Below are positions 18,871 through 31,049 of a stretch of DNA of 64,000 bases, in pieces (within the stretch, counting starts at the first letter, position 1; every line of letters starts with the position of its first letter). The stretch spans positions 1-64,000 of the forward strand of contig NW_005434640.1 of NCBI RefSeq assembly GCF_000315625.1, given 5' to 3'. Below the pieces are notes generated by a model. It worked only from the letters and a program-made list of their open reading frames with translations. It ran no database searches and was not told the origin of the DNA. This stretch comes from Guillardia theta CCMP2712 (taxonomy: Eukaryota; Protista; Cryptophyta). The position numbers and the translations under genes were made by a program.

Positions 18871-19379
18871 AGTCATCTGAAGCATTATGGTTCTACAGCA
18901 TAATCTGAGACCCCCTTGGGATCCTGACGTGGCATCCTTCATCAGGATGCCAAAGTTCCTTCCAACATCTTCTTCGGCGACGTCCCTCTTCTTCTTCAAG
19001 TAAGCTAATCATTCATTTCATCACGTTCTTGACTGCCTCCTCTCCCTCTCCCTCGCCCTCACCATCTCCCTCTCCCTCTCCCTCTCTCCCTCCCTTCCTC
19101 TCTTTCCTTTCCTCGTCCACTCCCTCTTCTTGCTTGTTCTCTCCGTCTCCGTCTCCGTCTAACTGCACCATTTTCCTGGTTATCTACCTTTATCCTGCCC
19201 CGTTTCCCTTCCTCTCTACCCCCGCCTCCCTCTCTCTCCCCCTCTCCTTCTTCTTTCCCTCCTTCCCTCCCTCGTTCTCACCTCTGAACTTCCTCCCCCC
19301 GCTTCCCCCTCTCTCACCTTGCTCTGATTCCCTGGTTAATTCACTTTTCACTGTCCCCTCCCTCTCCCCACCACCCTCC

Positions 19380-19565
19380 NNNNNNNNNNNNNNNNNNNNN
19401 NNNNNNNNNNNNNNNNNNNNNNNNNNNNNNNNNNNNNNNNNNNNNNNNNNNNNNNNNNNNNNNNNNNNNNNNNNNNNNNNNNNNNNNNNNNNNNNNNNNN
19501 NNNNNNNNNNNNNNNNNNNNNNNNNNNNNNNNNNNNNNNNNNNNNNNNNNNNNNNNNNNNNNNNN
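19380..19565. other. Assembly gap (N run)
   Basis: Run of N. Confidence 1.
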
Positions 19566-19617
19566 GGGGAGGGAGGGCGGAGTTTGTGACGGGTGTGAAG
19601 TTTGATTTTATCTACAG

Positions 19618-20595
19618 GAGTGTGGGACAGGGCAGATGACATCGATGCTCTTGCACAGGTGAAGGACATCAGATGAAGATGTGGAAATGTGTAGATGATG
19701 CTGCTGCTGCTGATTGTGAAGCTGCTGCTGCTGCTGCTGATGATGATGATGATGTGATGATGGAGACAAAGATGATGGGGATTGATGTGAAGGAGGAGAT
19801 GATGATTGTTACGATGATATTGCGAAGAGATTGATAGGGTTCATGTATTCTCTCGTGTTTCATGCCGATCTTTCCCCAATTCTTCACATCGTTTCTTCCT
19901 CTGACAGCGCGACAGTGGTGTTGGTTTGTAGAGGCAGTGACAAAGCTGTACATTGCGTCATTATCCTACCGGAGGATAAGGGTGAGTGGAGAAAATTCAA
20001 ACTCCTTGCATCACATTGATCCTGTTCTCTTTCAGAACCAGATTGCTGTAGCCATGGCAGCAGGTGATAAAGTTGCGTTGAAGAAACTGGTTGTTCTGCG
20101 GGTATGAAGAGCATTTGACATGTTCGCAAGAACTGATCGAGTTTGCTAGCGGATGCTCTTCTTGGACGTCATCAAGTTGGGATGTGACCTGCCGTTGTCA
20201 GTGCATTATGCTCGCATGTACGACAATGGCCCTTCGACTGTTCCGGACCGATGGTAAGGACGAGTTGTCATGTTGGTCAGATCAGCAGCTGTGCTCGTTA
20301 TGACGAGCTTTTTGAAGTCTTGCAGTAGAGATTTGATTGCTGTTTGCAATCGTTTCTGTTTCTGTTTCTTTCTTGCACCACTGTGGTGCTCTTGTCCAAA
20401 TTACGAGGGCTCTACGATAATCTGTGAATTTGATCTCAAGCACGATGCAAACAGGAGTGTTGTTGAGGACTGAGATTCTTGATCAGGGTTGGCATTCTTG
20501 GAGTTGTTGGATCCTTGGCACAATTTCTCGTGAGGTTCCAGCAGCAAACTCATTCCTACTCTTTGGATCTTTGTCTCTCGAACAAGATTGCATGA
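19618..20595 (+). CDS. PEX11: PEX11-family peroxisomal membrane protein, C-terminal exons (5' part at ~18900-19000 and/or in the gap)
   Basis: Exons 19618-19658, 19916-19981, 20036-20101, 20150-20253 and 20487-20595 join in frame: VWDRADDIDALAQ|WCWFVEAVTKLYIASLSYRRIR|NQIAVAMAAGDKVALKKLVVLR|RMLFLDVIKLGCDLPLSVHY...PDR|WVGILGVVGSLAQFL. This resembles the PEX11 C-terminal LD.IK..CD...G.LG..SS pattern. Confidence 0.6.
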
Positions 20596-20874
20596 AGGGA
20601 GGAAAAAGAAGGTTGTTGTCTGATGACAACACATGCATCTGTGCGTTTATCACTGTGCATGTGACTGCTGGATGGTTTTGCAGGAACGAAGAACAAAAGA
20701 AGAAAGTTTGTGATATATCATGCCCATCCCCATTATTACAACAAAAGATAACCAATATACAAAGTCAAACCTTACATGCATTTGAACCTCCTCCTCCTCT
20801 TTCTCCTCTTCCTCCTCCTCCTTCCTGCTCCTCCTCGTCCTCAGCTCCATCCTGGTTCATATCCACCTGCTCAT

Positions 20875-22176
20875 TCACTTTGCTGCTGCTTTGTTGCTTC
20901 CTCTCTCTCTCTTCTTGAGCAGCTTCGTTGCCTTCATCGACGTTTCCTTGATCACTTTCCTTACCCGCAAGTAGTCAGGATGCTCAAGCACAGACGCGTC
21001 CTCCCAGCCCCCCCTGCTTTCCTCCTCCTCCCCTGGATCGCTGAAGATTCCTCCTGTCACCACCCGGAACTTAGTGTGCCTATGCTGTATCTCCTTCATC
21101 TTCCATGCCGCGTACGACTTGTTCTTCCACGGGCTGCTGCCCTCCTGCGGGAACTTCCAGGAGGGCAGAGGAGCACGGGACGCGTCTGGCAGCTTGTGCT
21201 CGGGCTCGCAGACGATGCGGGGGTTGAAGTGGGTGAGCATCCTCTGCGGAGAGTGACGGAGGTCGTCGGCGTCGATGGTGAGCTTGGTGGCCTTGCGAGT
21301 GAGAGGAGAGATGAGTAGCTTCGAGATCTTGTCCGACATGCTTTCCTTGTTCTTCTGATAGACGACAGCGACAAGCTTGTGCAGGTGGAGGCGAGCAAGG
21401 TAGAAACGAGCGATCTTCTGTACCCTGATAGCATTTTTGAGGTGACTTCTGCTGTATCCTGCCTCTTCATGTCAGAACACGTTGGTGGGGAAGAGGAGGG
21501 AGCGATGGTGAGGTAGGTGACAGGACGAGGGTGTCGGATAGCATTGAAGAAGAGGGGGACAAGAAGGAGAGATGAGGGAGAAAACGAGGAAGTGTAGAAA
21601 GAAGAGGAAGAAGAGGAGGAGAAGCAGGAAGAGGAGAAGCAGGAAGAGGAGAAGCAGGAGGTTGAGGGATGAAGGAGAAGGAGAAGGAGGAGGAGGAGGA
21701 GGAGGAGGAGGAGGAGGAGGAGGTGGTGGTGGTGGTGGTTGAGGAGGAGGAGGAGGGGAGTCAAACCTTGGCTCATCATTTTCTTGAGGTGACTCACTCG
21801 TTTTCTCGCCTGCACTCCTCGCACCCACGCCTGCAGCTTGGTGATAGTCGCCATGATCGCAACAGATTTGGACATATCCAGGTTCCTCAGCATCGTCTGG
21901 ATCTTGGCAAACTCAACCTGCCGCAGAATTGCTTCCGCCGCATCCCTCAGCTTGCTGTTGGGCCATGATCGGCGGTTCAGCCGCGCCTGCTCGCTGATGT
22001 CCCTAAGGCGGGAGTAGCGGAGGCGGATGGCGGCGATATGGTCCTTAAGGAAGCCCTTGATGTTGCGAGAGAGCGCTCGCTCGCGCGCGATGTTCTGGTT
22101 CTTGATTTGAACGCTCCTCGTCTGCGAGCCTGTCAGAGGAGGAGAAGAAGCAAGACGAGGAGAAAGAGAAAAAGGA

Positions 22177-22231
<55 letters not shown>

Positions 22232-24848
22232 GTGATGATGATGGTGGTGGTGGTGGTGGTGATGATGATGATGGCGGTGGTGGTGATGGTGGTGGTAGTG
22301 ATGATGATGATGATGATGATAATGCGGAGGATGAGGAGGAGGTGGAGGAGGAGGAGAAGGCGATGGTAGTGGACGTGGAGGTGAACGTGGTATGGGAGAT
22401 TTTGACAACAAGAGGAAGGGAGTAGATAGAGAGACGGAGGGACTTACGTGGAGCGTTATCAGGATGTTTGAGATCGTATCGCACAGCCGAACCCACACAG
22501 CAACATCGACCTTTCCCTGCTCTTTGCTGCCCTGCCCCCCTCCCTCCATTACTTTCATTAGCTTCTGCAGCTGGATCGATGTAACCATGACGTTCAAGTC
22601 CTTGTCCATCCCCGACAGCTTGCAGATGTCCTTTGCCATCTCCTGCAGCCTGGAGCACGACTTTGCTATGAGCTCCTCTATCCTCGCCAGCGCCTCCTGC
22701 TTCCTCCTCTCCCCTTCCACGGCTTGTTCAAGTTGAGCCGTCAGCTCCTGGTGCGCTGCGTTGCTCCTCCTGGCCTCGTTGAGCGACTCGACGCTGACTT
22801 GGAGGTCGTGGAGCTCAACCTGTGCAAACAGAATGAGACGAGGGAAATTACGCTGCTGGTGCTGGTATTGGTGATGGTGGTGGTGATGATGATGATTGTG
22901 GTGGTTGTGGTGATGGAAATCTCTTTTGGCTCAAATGTCTTTCTGTTCCTTCCTGTTTCATCACCTCCTCTACTTCCCGATTGCCCTAACTCATTCAAAC
23001 TCCTCTCTTTCCCTTCCTCCTCCTCCTCCCCCTCCTTCTCTCCTCCTCCTCTACGTCCTCTCAACCTTCACCTCTCAACTTCCTCCTTCTTTCTCACCTT
23101 GAGCGTGTTAAGCACAATCTTCTTTTCTTTGATCGTCTCCTCGTTGCTTCGGATCCTCTCCTCCGCTGCTGCTCTGGTTGTGAACAAGTTTGCAAACCTT
23201 GCGACGATCTCCGGGAGATTTTGCTGCAGCTTCTCAACAATCTCGTCGCTCAGCATGTCCATCCCTGGGTCCTTCCGCGGGCTACGAGCTAGTCAGAGAA
23301 TGGCAGGGAGAAAGAGGAAGAGTAGGAGGAGAGGTAGGATGAGAGGTGAGACTGAGAGAGGAGGGTAGAATGATAGGAGGAGAGGAGAGGAGAGGAGAGG
23401 AGAGGAGAGGAGAGGAGAGGAGAGGAGAGGAGAGGAGAGGAGAGGAGAGGAGAGGAGAGGAGAGGAGAGGAGAGGAGAGGAGAGGAGAGGAGAATGAGGG
23501 GGAGGAAACCAGGGGCATACCTCAAGGATCGCTTGGAGCCATCAACGTCCCTGGTGCTGGTGCTGCTCCTCAACCCGAGGAGGATCATAGCGACCTGAGT
23601 GTAGTAGGGGAGCCGCTGCAGCAACTTGCTGTCCTGCATAGAGTCTATCATGAACTGCCTGTGCTCGCGCTTTTGTTTCTCGTCGAACTCCTTGAGCTTC
23701 TTGATCTTGGCAAGATTCTCTTTCCTCTCCTCCTGCAGGACTTGTGACATCCTCCTCGCCTTCTCTCTGAACTGAGATCTCCTCTCCAGCGCCGCTGCGC
23801 GCAGGTCGTCAGCATGGCGGACAATCTAGGGACGGGAGGGAGATGCAGGGAGGAAGAGACAGAACAAGCGAACAAGCAAGAGGAAGCGGATCTGTGGTTG
23901 CGGTAGAAGCAAGAGGAGAAAGACGAGGAGCAGAAGCAAGGGGAGGAGGAGGAGGAGAAGAAGAATGAGACAGAATAGCGGGAGCAGCAGCAGTAATGAT
24001 AGGAGGAGGAGGAGGAGGAGGAGGAGGAGGAGGAGGAGGAGGAATGAGACAGGGATCTACAGCAGACCTGTCCTTATGTTCTCGCACTGCTTCACATTCA
24101 GCTTATGGACCCGGTCGAGCTGCTCAAAGCTGTGAGCTGCCTCGATCTGGGCTTCGTCCAGCAGCTTCACTAGCAAAGGGATGTCCTGAAACACGGCCGA
24201 CAGCTCCTCCTCCTTCTCGTGCACCAGCCTCTCCGTCTCTTCGTGCTCGTACCGCACCCGCCGGAGCAGCCGCTGCAGCTGCAAGTTGTAGTGCCTCTGC
24301 CGCATGAACAACATCCGCTGCTCCTCGATCTCTGCGCTGATCTTGTCATGGACGGGGGTCGCGGACAGGTCCGCCTTCTTGGCGAGCATGTCGTCGAGGT
24401 ACTTCTTGTTGTTCCTCACCACCTCCAACCTCTTCATCCTCTCCGCCCTCTGCCAGCTCGACTTCTGCGCCTCCGACCTCAGACGATGCACGAGCTCGTG
24501 AAAGTGATCCAGCGCAAGCTGCTCGCCGCTTTCAGTAGACAGAATCTCCTTGAGGAGCTCGGGGACTTCTTGGCGGAAGAGGGGGAGATCGTTGGACCAG
24601 CGATCCTCCTCTCCTTCTTGCACTTCCTGCTCATCGCTGTCGTTATGCTTCACTACATGCAGTCAGGGCATCTAGACCTCTTGTTCGTCAAATCCAGGTA
24701 TCTTGGTCAGTTGCTTGTCGCTCGGTTTGGATGATCCGTTCTGGAGGCGCATGTGAGACAGCAAAAGAGTCACTACAGCTGTCATCTACATCTACATCTA
24801 CATCATCATCAACAATATCTACATCATCATCAACATCAACATCATCAA

Positions 24849-24889
<41 letters not shown>

Positions 24890-24920
24890 ACATCAACATT
24901 AACAATAATAATAACATTAA

Positions 24921-24974
<54 letters not shown>

Positions 24975-27185
24975 ATTTCAGTTTCAATCTACCTCCGTCG
25001 GTAATTGAATGCTGTCGACCTTGACAGCAGGAAAACCTCGCGGCCACATGGAGGGACATTGAGGCATGGGGGGAAGAGCAGCCCCTGGACGAAGACACGC
25101 TGAAGACAAAGTCAAGAGTGAGGAGGGCAGAGGAGTTGAGGAGCAAGGAGGAGGAGGAGGAGGAGGAGGAGAATCAGGAGGAGGAGGAGCGTAGAGAAAG
25201 TAGAGGAGGAGGAGGAGGAGGAGGAGGAAGGTAGAGGAGGAGGAGGAGCCAAGTTGAGATGAAGAAGGGGAAGAAAGAAGGAGTAGACGGGGCGGGCAGG
25301 TCGGGCAGGACGATGGAGGTGCTGTTGCCAAAGTACCTGGCAACGCATAGTCCGGGACATTGAGAGAAACATTATTTTGAAAGAACTGCGGTGAAGTGAT
25401 GAAAAGGTTATACAGAAAGTGACTTGTTGTTGCTTACTTTGATAAGGTCCTCAAAAGAGCTTGTCGTCCTGTGCACCATTTCAACTCTTCTTCTTCACAA
25501 GTTTCATGTCGGTCACCTTTGAGTTTTCACTTTTTCGGGGACTGCACCCGTTGAAGGCAAGAAGAAAAACAAGTGAGCAAGTCAGGACGGAGAGGAAGGG
25601 CAGGGGCTACGAAGGTGAAGGCAGGAGAAACTTTTGCAGGAGAGAAGGCTAGAACGAGGCAAGGGGATGAAAAGAAGGAAATTGTGGATCCAAAGGATTG
25701 CAAGGAGGAAGAGGGAAGGATTTGGGGGGGAAGGGGAGAGGGAGCGGAAAGAGAACAGGCAGGGGAGGAGGGCAGCAGGAGGCGGTGGTGTGTGCGAGTG
25801 AGTCAGTGCGTGCGTGAGGGAGGGAGGGAGGGAGGGAGGGAGGGAGGGAGGGAGGGAGGGAGGGAGAGTGTAAGTGAAGGGAGGGGTAGGGTTCGGAAGG
25901 GAGGCCGGGAAGACAAGAAGGTGAACTCGAGCAGTTAAAGTGATCGTGCCATGCACTTACATGGGTTGACCGTGTTCTTCCCACGCTTTTTCCCGATGTT
26001 CCCTGTCATCATCAGCAACCAGCCGGCTCATTCTGCTGCATCACCTGACGTCGCCATGTTCAGCGTGTTCATCCACTTGTCAGCTACGGAATGATCCTGC
26101 AGCAAGATTTCGTCACGCCCTGTCAGATGCTTGTACATCGCACCAGCTCCGACGGCTCTGTCTCTATCCCCTGCTCCTCCTGCGATTCTGAGTCTTCCTC
26201 GTCATATTTCTGGCCTTTCGCGCCATCATGAAGGAACTCGGAGATGTCTCTCTCCTCGTCAAAGATCGCATTCAACGAGTGCTTGTTCGACTGCTGCATG
26301 TCACCAAGATCTTGTCAGCACTGCGAGGACAGCTCACCTCCTTCAACGACTCGTCCCCGTGCATCTCCTTGCTTGTGGAGGCGTTCTTGTCATTGAGAGA
26401 GGAGCTGAACCTCGAGCTCGATGACTTGCACGCTTCCAGGAAGCGAGTATGCCGTTGGATGGCGTCTCGAGTGACCTGGTTCAGACCTTGCAGTCTCTCT
26501 TGGTGCCTGCGATGCGAGGTGAGCACAAGTGGGAGGAAGGAGGGAGGAGGAGTCACTTCTTGCTCGGCAGCTCAGCATCGAGAGCGGGTGTGGACAGACG
26601 AAAAGTCTCCACCCTCCGCTTGCAAAACTGCGAAGAGCTGGTATCGACGGGGGTGCTGTTGCGGGAGAGGAGGAAGAGCGAGGGTGTGAGGCCAGCAGTC
26701 TGCGGCCTCCTCCGCGATGGCGGGGATGTGGATCGAGGACGGCCAGTCGCAAAGGAGAAGGCAGACGTTGTTGAGTTCATGCTCCTGTTCATCTCATACG
26801 AGAGAGCCGTCTGCGGTCTGGATGCATTCCAGCTGTCGCCTGTCACCTGCTCAAACGAAAGCTCCACTGGGCAGGACTGGACAGAGGATGCAGCGCTCAT
26901 CCCTGACTTGGGGCGAGTGCTGCTCGTGGCACTCGTGCTCCTGTACCTCTTCTCGTCGTCCATACGCCGTCTCCACCTCATCGATCTCTTGTCTCCGTCA
27001 GTTCTTCTTTCTCCCTCTTCATCGCTCCACTTCGAGCTGAGGCTTCTGCTAGATCTTTCCACGAGCCGCCCATGGCTCCCTTCGCTCCCGAGCTTCCTGC
27101 CGCTTCCTCCCCTCTCCTCCTGCCCTCTAAGAGCCGCCATGAACCGCCGCGGCCTCGGAACAAGATCCCCCATCAACCCCGCCAT
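20875..27185 (-). CDS. Large multi-exon coiled-coil protein with an IQ calmodulin-binding motif
   Basis: First exon MAGLMGDLVPRPRR... is S/R-rich. Coiled-coil exons at ~24070-24740, 23520-23800, 23097-23290 and 22450-22820. IQ motif ITKLQAWVRGVQARKRV at ~21800-21850. Last exon ends at 20875. Confidence 0.75.
23379..23490. repeat. (GAGGA)n intronic microsatellite
   Basis: About 22 tandem AGAGG units. Confidence 0.9.
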
Positions 27186-27463
27186 GGCTCTACCGCTACG
27201 CCGTTAACAATCTGCCGTTCCCCGCAAGGCGGTTTGTCCCACAGTGCACTCCAGGTGCACTCAATCTTGACTGACGGTTACATTCAGATCGGCGGTTACG
27301 GCCCCCGGCACCGGGCAAGGCCCGGTCGCCGGCCCGGCAGTCGGGCCCGCTGAGTAAAATAACCGCCACCGGTCCTCCGCCGCTTCCGACCGACAGGCTG
27401 TTTTAAGTTGACTAAAAGTTTCACTCTCCTAGTACTGGTCATTCCCCCCTTTTTTTTACCGCA

Positions 27464-27601
27464 GTACCCTACCACCATTATTACTACACCCCTGCTACAG
27501 TTCGATTCGGAGTACCCCTGTATTTGCCTCTCAAAGTACCCCTGGTGTCCAAGAAGCGACCTGCCCCGTCCGGTCCCCGTTGTGACCCCATCTCTATAAA
27601 A
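27464..27601 (+). promoter_or_regulatory. Candidate promoter: GTACCCC cluster plus TATA box (TATAAAA 27595-27601)
   Basis: GTACCC(C) at 27464, 27512 and 27536, then CTATAAAA, then a pyrimidine-rich leader. Confidence 0.5.
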
Positions 27602-28228
27602 TAACACCTTCCCGCACTGCCGCTTCCATGAAGCTCCTCCCCAGACCTCTCCCTGCCGCTCCTCCTTCTGCTACATCTCCTCCTTCTCCCTCTCCTGCTC
27701 TGGATCTCATTCTTGCTTCCTCTTGGTGTACGCCTAACTCCTTCTCCTCTTGCCATAATCGCTACCATTGCCCAACGATCACCAATGCAACTCCTCACCA
27801 TAACAAACGTGTTGCTTCCCTGCTACTTTCTACCTTGTTCAGCATCAACACATCTCCGATGTTTGCCTTTGCCAGCATTCTTACTTGATATCATCACATG
27901 TATTGAAACGCAAAATGTATCTTCTTCCAAGTGTCCTCACGACCATTTGCCTTAACCAAAGTGTTTGCGAAAAGCTTGTTGCACAGAATGTTTGAGGGTT
28001 GTGAAGCTTTGTGACGCGATGCCAACGAGAAAAACGAAAACCCTCATCAATGCTGATTACACGTACGTGCGCGCTTCCTCCTTCATCAACAAAGACGACT
28101 CATCAACCTGCCCAATGCCTTGAGATAACTCAGATCTTGATATTCGTACCTTTTAGCATGATTGTGAGGTGTGCGGTTGTCAACGCTCACTTGCCCCTCA
28201 GATTCAGGTTCATCCCGCCACATCGACC

Positions 28229-29284
28229 ATGAAAGCCGTCTTGATCAAGTCGCTCGGCCTGATCCATGACTCAGACATCCTTGAGTTTGCCGATGACTTC
28301 GCCCGGCCGTCCAGGAAGAAAGGTCAGCTCCTCGTACGCGTCCTGACCTGCGCGACCAGCGCAGGAGATATGCACGTGATGAGCGGGCGAGTGTCGTTTG
28401 CCATCTCCCCGCCGTCGTTTCCCTACATTCCTGGCTCCTCCATTTGTGGCATCGTGGAGGAAGCAGACGCGGAAGCTGAGTTCAAGCCTGGCGACCGCGT
28501 CATCGGTCACATGGGGATGAAGCCCTGGGGAGCGCTGGCGGAGTATGCTGTGGTGGAGGCTACCAACTGCGTCCTCGCGCCAGACTCGCTGTCAGACGAG
28601 GTAGCGTCGGCGTGCGGGGACAGCGCCGCTACGGCCTTGAAGGCAGTTGAGCTAGCTGGAGTGAAGGCGGGGAGCCGAGTGCTGGTTCTGGGAGGGTCGG
28701 GAGGGGTTGGGTCGGTTTGTGTGCAGCTGGCAAGAGTAGCGGGAGCGACGTTTGTTGCCTCGACCTCGACGCAGGTGAAGATGCTGACGGAAGAGCTCAA
28801 GGTCGACCGGGCCATCAACTACAAGGAAGAGGACTGGTGGAGCATCGGCGAGTTCCAAGAGCAGCCGTTCGACTGCATCGTGGACTGTGTCGGGGGAGGA
28901 GGTCACTTCGGCAAGGCTCAGGAGAGCAAGGTCTTGAAGAGCGGAGGCGACGGAGGGAAGTTCATCGCAGTAGTGGGCGACGAGCCGGAGCCGACTATCC
29001 ACAATCCTTTCCAGCTTGCGGGCTTCGCTAGCCGCCTGCTGTGGCGAGCGCTGTGGACCTGGCTCTGGCCCTGGTCACCTCGGTACATCGCCTTCGTGAC
29101 CGATGCAGACTCGACAACCATCAAGACCATCCTGAGGCACGTGACTGAGGACAAGCTGCTGCTCAAGATTGATCCGTCGGGTCCTTATGCGTTCACCAAG
29201 GAAGGGGTGACGTCAGCTCTGAAGCTGCAGGAGTCACACAGGGCTCACGGGAAAGTTGTGATTCGAGTCAGCAAGAGATCGTAG
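28229..29284 (+). CDS. NAD(P)-dependent medium-chain dehydrogenase/reductase (quinone oxidoreductase / enoyl reductase, RTN4IP1-like), copy 1
   Basis: Intronless, 351 aa. MKAV start, FPYIPG..ICG, VLVLGGSGGVGS..VQLA Rossmann motif, FDCIVDCVGG, and RAHGKVVI C-terminus. Confidence 0.92.
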   Translation: MKAVLIKSLGLIHDSDILEFADDFARPSRKKGQLLVRVLTCATSAGDMHVMSGRVSFAISPPSFPYIPGSSICGIVEEADAEAEFKPGDRVIGHMGMKPWGALAEYAVVEATNCVLAPDSLSDEVASACGDSAATALKAVELAGVKAGSRVLVLGGSGGVGSVCVQLARVAGATFVASTSTQVKMLTEELKVDRAINYKEEDWWSIGEFQEQPFDCIVDCVGGGGHFGKAQESKVLKSGGDGGKFIAVVGDEPEPTIHNPFQLAGFASRLLWRALWTWLWPWSPRYIAFVTDADSTTIKTILRHVTEDKLLLKIDPSGPYAFTKEGVTSALKLQESHRAHGKVVIRVSKRS

Positions 29285-29389
29285 ATTTTGTCAGTATGAT
29301 ACTGTTTTAACCGTACCTCGGCTAATATGCCAGCACGACTCAGTCTCAGTGTGATAAAACCTGTCATAGTATTTTTGTTGTTTCTGGCC

Positions 29390-30000
29390 GCGTTCGATGT
29401 TCCACAAGTTCAACTTCGGTACATGGCCAGTGGCCAGTACGGTACTCCCGCCGTTAGCCCCCGCCTCGGGCTACGCCGGGGACTCCGGGAGTCAGTGCCC
29501 CCGCCGTTGAGTCTCCCGGAGTCCGCCGATGGCATGATCTAGTACGGTACCAGGCTCGTGACTCCCGCCAGCTGGGGCCGGGCTCGGCGCATCGTCGGCC
29601 TGGCAGTCCGATCAGTCAGTGCCCGGCCCCTCACCGTTCGTGCGCGGCGGCAGTGCCTTGGCGGCCTCGTCAGTACTCGGTGAGTCAGTCAAGTTGAACC
29701 GCCGGTTCAATGGTTGAACGGCGGCCATTATGCGATGTTCGGACGAATCATGAATCATCATGTGAATCAGTACCGGCCGTAGAGTACTACAGGCTACGTG
29801 ACGCGGGGTAGTACGGTACTGAGTAGGCTGCACCGTCACTCACGGCTCGTCGCCGGACTCCGGGAGGCGCGGCCCGGGGCCGCGCCCGGCCGCTGAGTGG
29901 CCGCCCCACGGGCCGCGGTGTGACTCCGAGGCTCTCAGTTATGTGACTCCGATCTACTTGCCTAGCCGCTGCCCCCGAGCCGCTTTAGGCGCAGGTCACA
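29390..30000. repeat. Intergenic palindromic-word island
   Basis: GTACGGTAC, TGAGTCA, GACTCCG, CCGG, GGCC and AGTACT words. Confidence 0.75.
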
Positions 30001-30455
30001 GTAGTGTAGTGACAAGCGTGACCGCATGACAGACAGAGAAAAGCAGCAATGATCCTCTAGGGGGTCAACTAGCAAACTCCATAACTGATGTTTACTACAG
30101 GGCTTACGGCCACTTTGATTGTAAGGTATAATGTCAGCAAATGGCCTCCGTGTCAGCATGTTTCCCAAACGTTGTGTTTGAGGATATAGCCTCTGTGGAG
30201 TGATACCGATGGGGTGCTATTTAAGGGCCTTTCGCATTTGGATGTCATGCGGATGCTGACATGAGCGTGAGGGCCATAGAGTTCTGCCTCCTTGCTCCGC
30301 CTTTATCATCACTCCCTCCCTTACCCTGTCATTGCACACGCTTGCCACGCCTTTCCTACCGCGTCCTTGTCAGTAGCTAAATCCTACTCTGTTGCTCTTC
30401 CCGCAAACTCATTCAACACTGCTCAACAACCCTTTCCCGCTCCTTGGCATATCAG

Positions 30456-30728
30456 ATGACGTGTGATATGTCATGCTTCTCGTCCTTGTCTGTCACCATC
30501 CACGACGTCAAATGGAGCTCACAGCCCTCACAGCAAGCTGACAAGATCAGATCTAAGTGCTTTCGCCTCTCTTCCGCTCAGCAAGCATACCTGCACCAGG
30601 CTGCCAGCATCGCGTCCATGTCAATCCGGAGCAGCCCGTCACGTGCTACCAAGCAAGATACAGCTTACAAGAACATAATGGCAGCACGAACCAAGGCTCA
30701 GGGCCTCATCATCTCGAAAACACGATGA
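30456..30728 (+). CDS. Small intronless hypothetical protein (90 aa)
   Basis: ATG ORF preceded by TATTTAA (30218-30224) and a pyrimidine-rich leader, followed by an AT-rich 3' region. Confidence 0.4.
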   Translation: MTCDMSCFSSLSVTIHDVKWSSQPSQQADKIRSKCFRLSSAQQAYLHQAASIASMSIRSSPSRATKQDTAYKNIMAARTKAQGLIISKTR

Positions 30729-31049
30729 TATCGGGCATCTAAGGGATAACTTCTCCTTGGAGAGATTGAATGGTGTATTTTTTGTTATTGACTGGTCGTA
30801 CGTTGTAAAAGTAAAAAGATTTTTGGACTCAACGTGTATGTGTGATGAGATAACAAGGGGCTGATACTCTCTGATAAAACTTTTCAATTTCTCAGAAAGT
30901 ACTAGTACCTGTGTACACTCAGCCTCATGAAAGGCAATTTTCCCCTGGATGCCTCTAAAACACTTCAACGATCAGCTTATTTTGCATGAGTGAACTTTGG
31001 ATATCGGTACAGATGCACGCTCATCTGATGCTGTTTTAAATTCCTTCTA

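Larger units (their letters stand above)
27410..29287 (+). repeat. Left arm of a ~1.9 kb inverted duplication
   Basis: Reverse-complement match to 33073-34928, from GACTAAAAGTTTCACTCTCC to the MDR stop codon. Confidence 0.95.
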
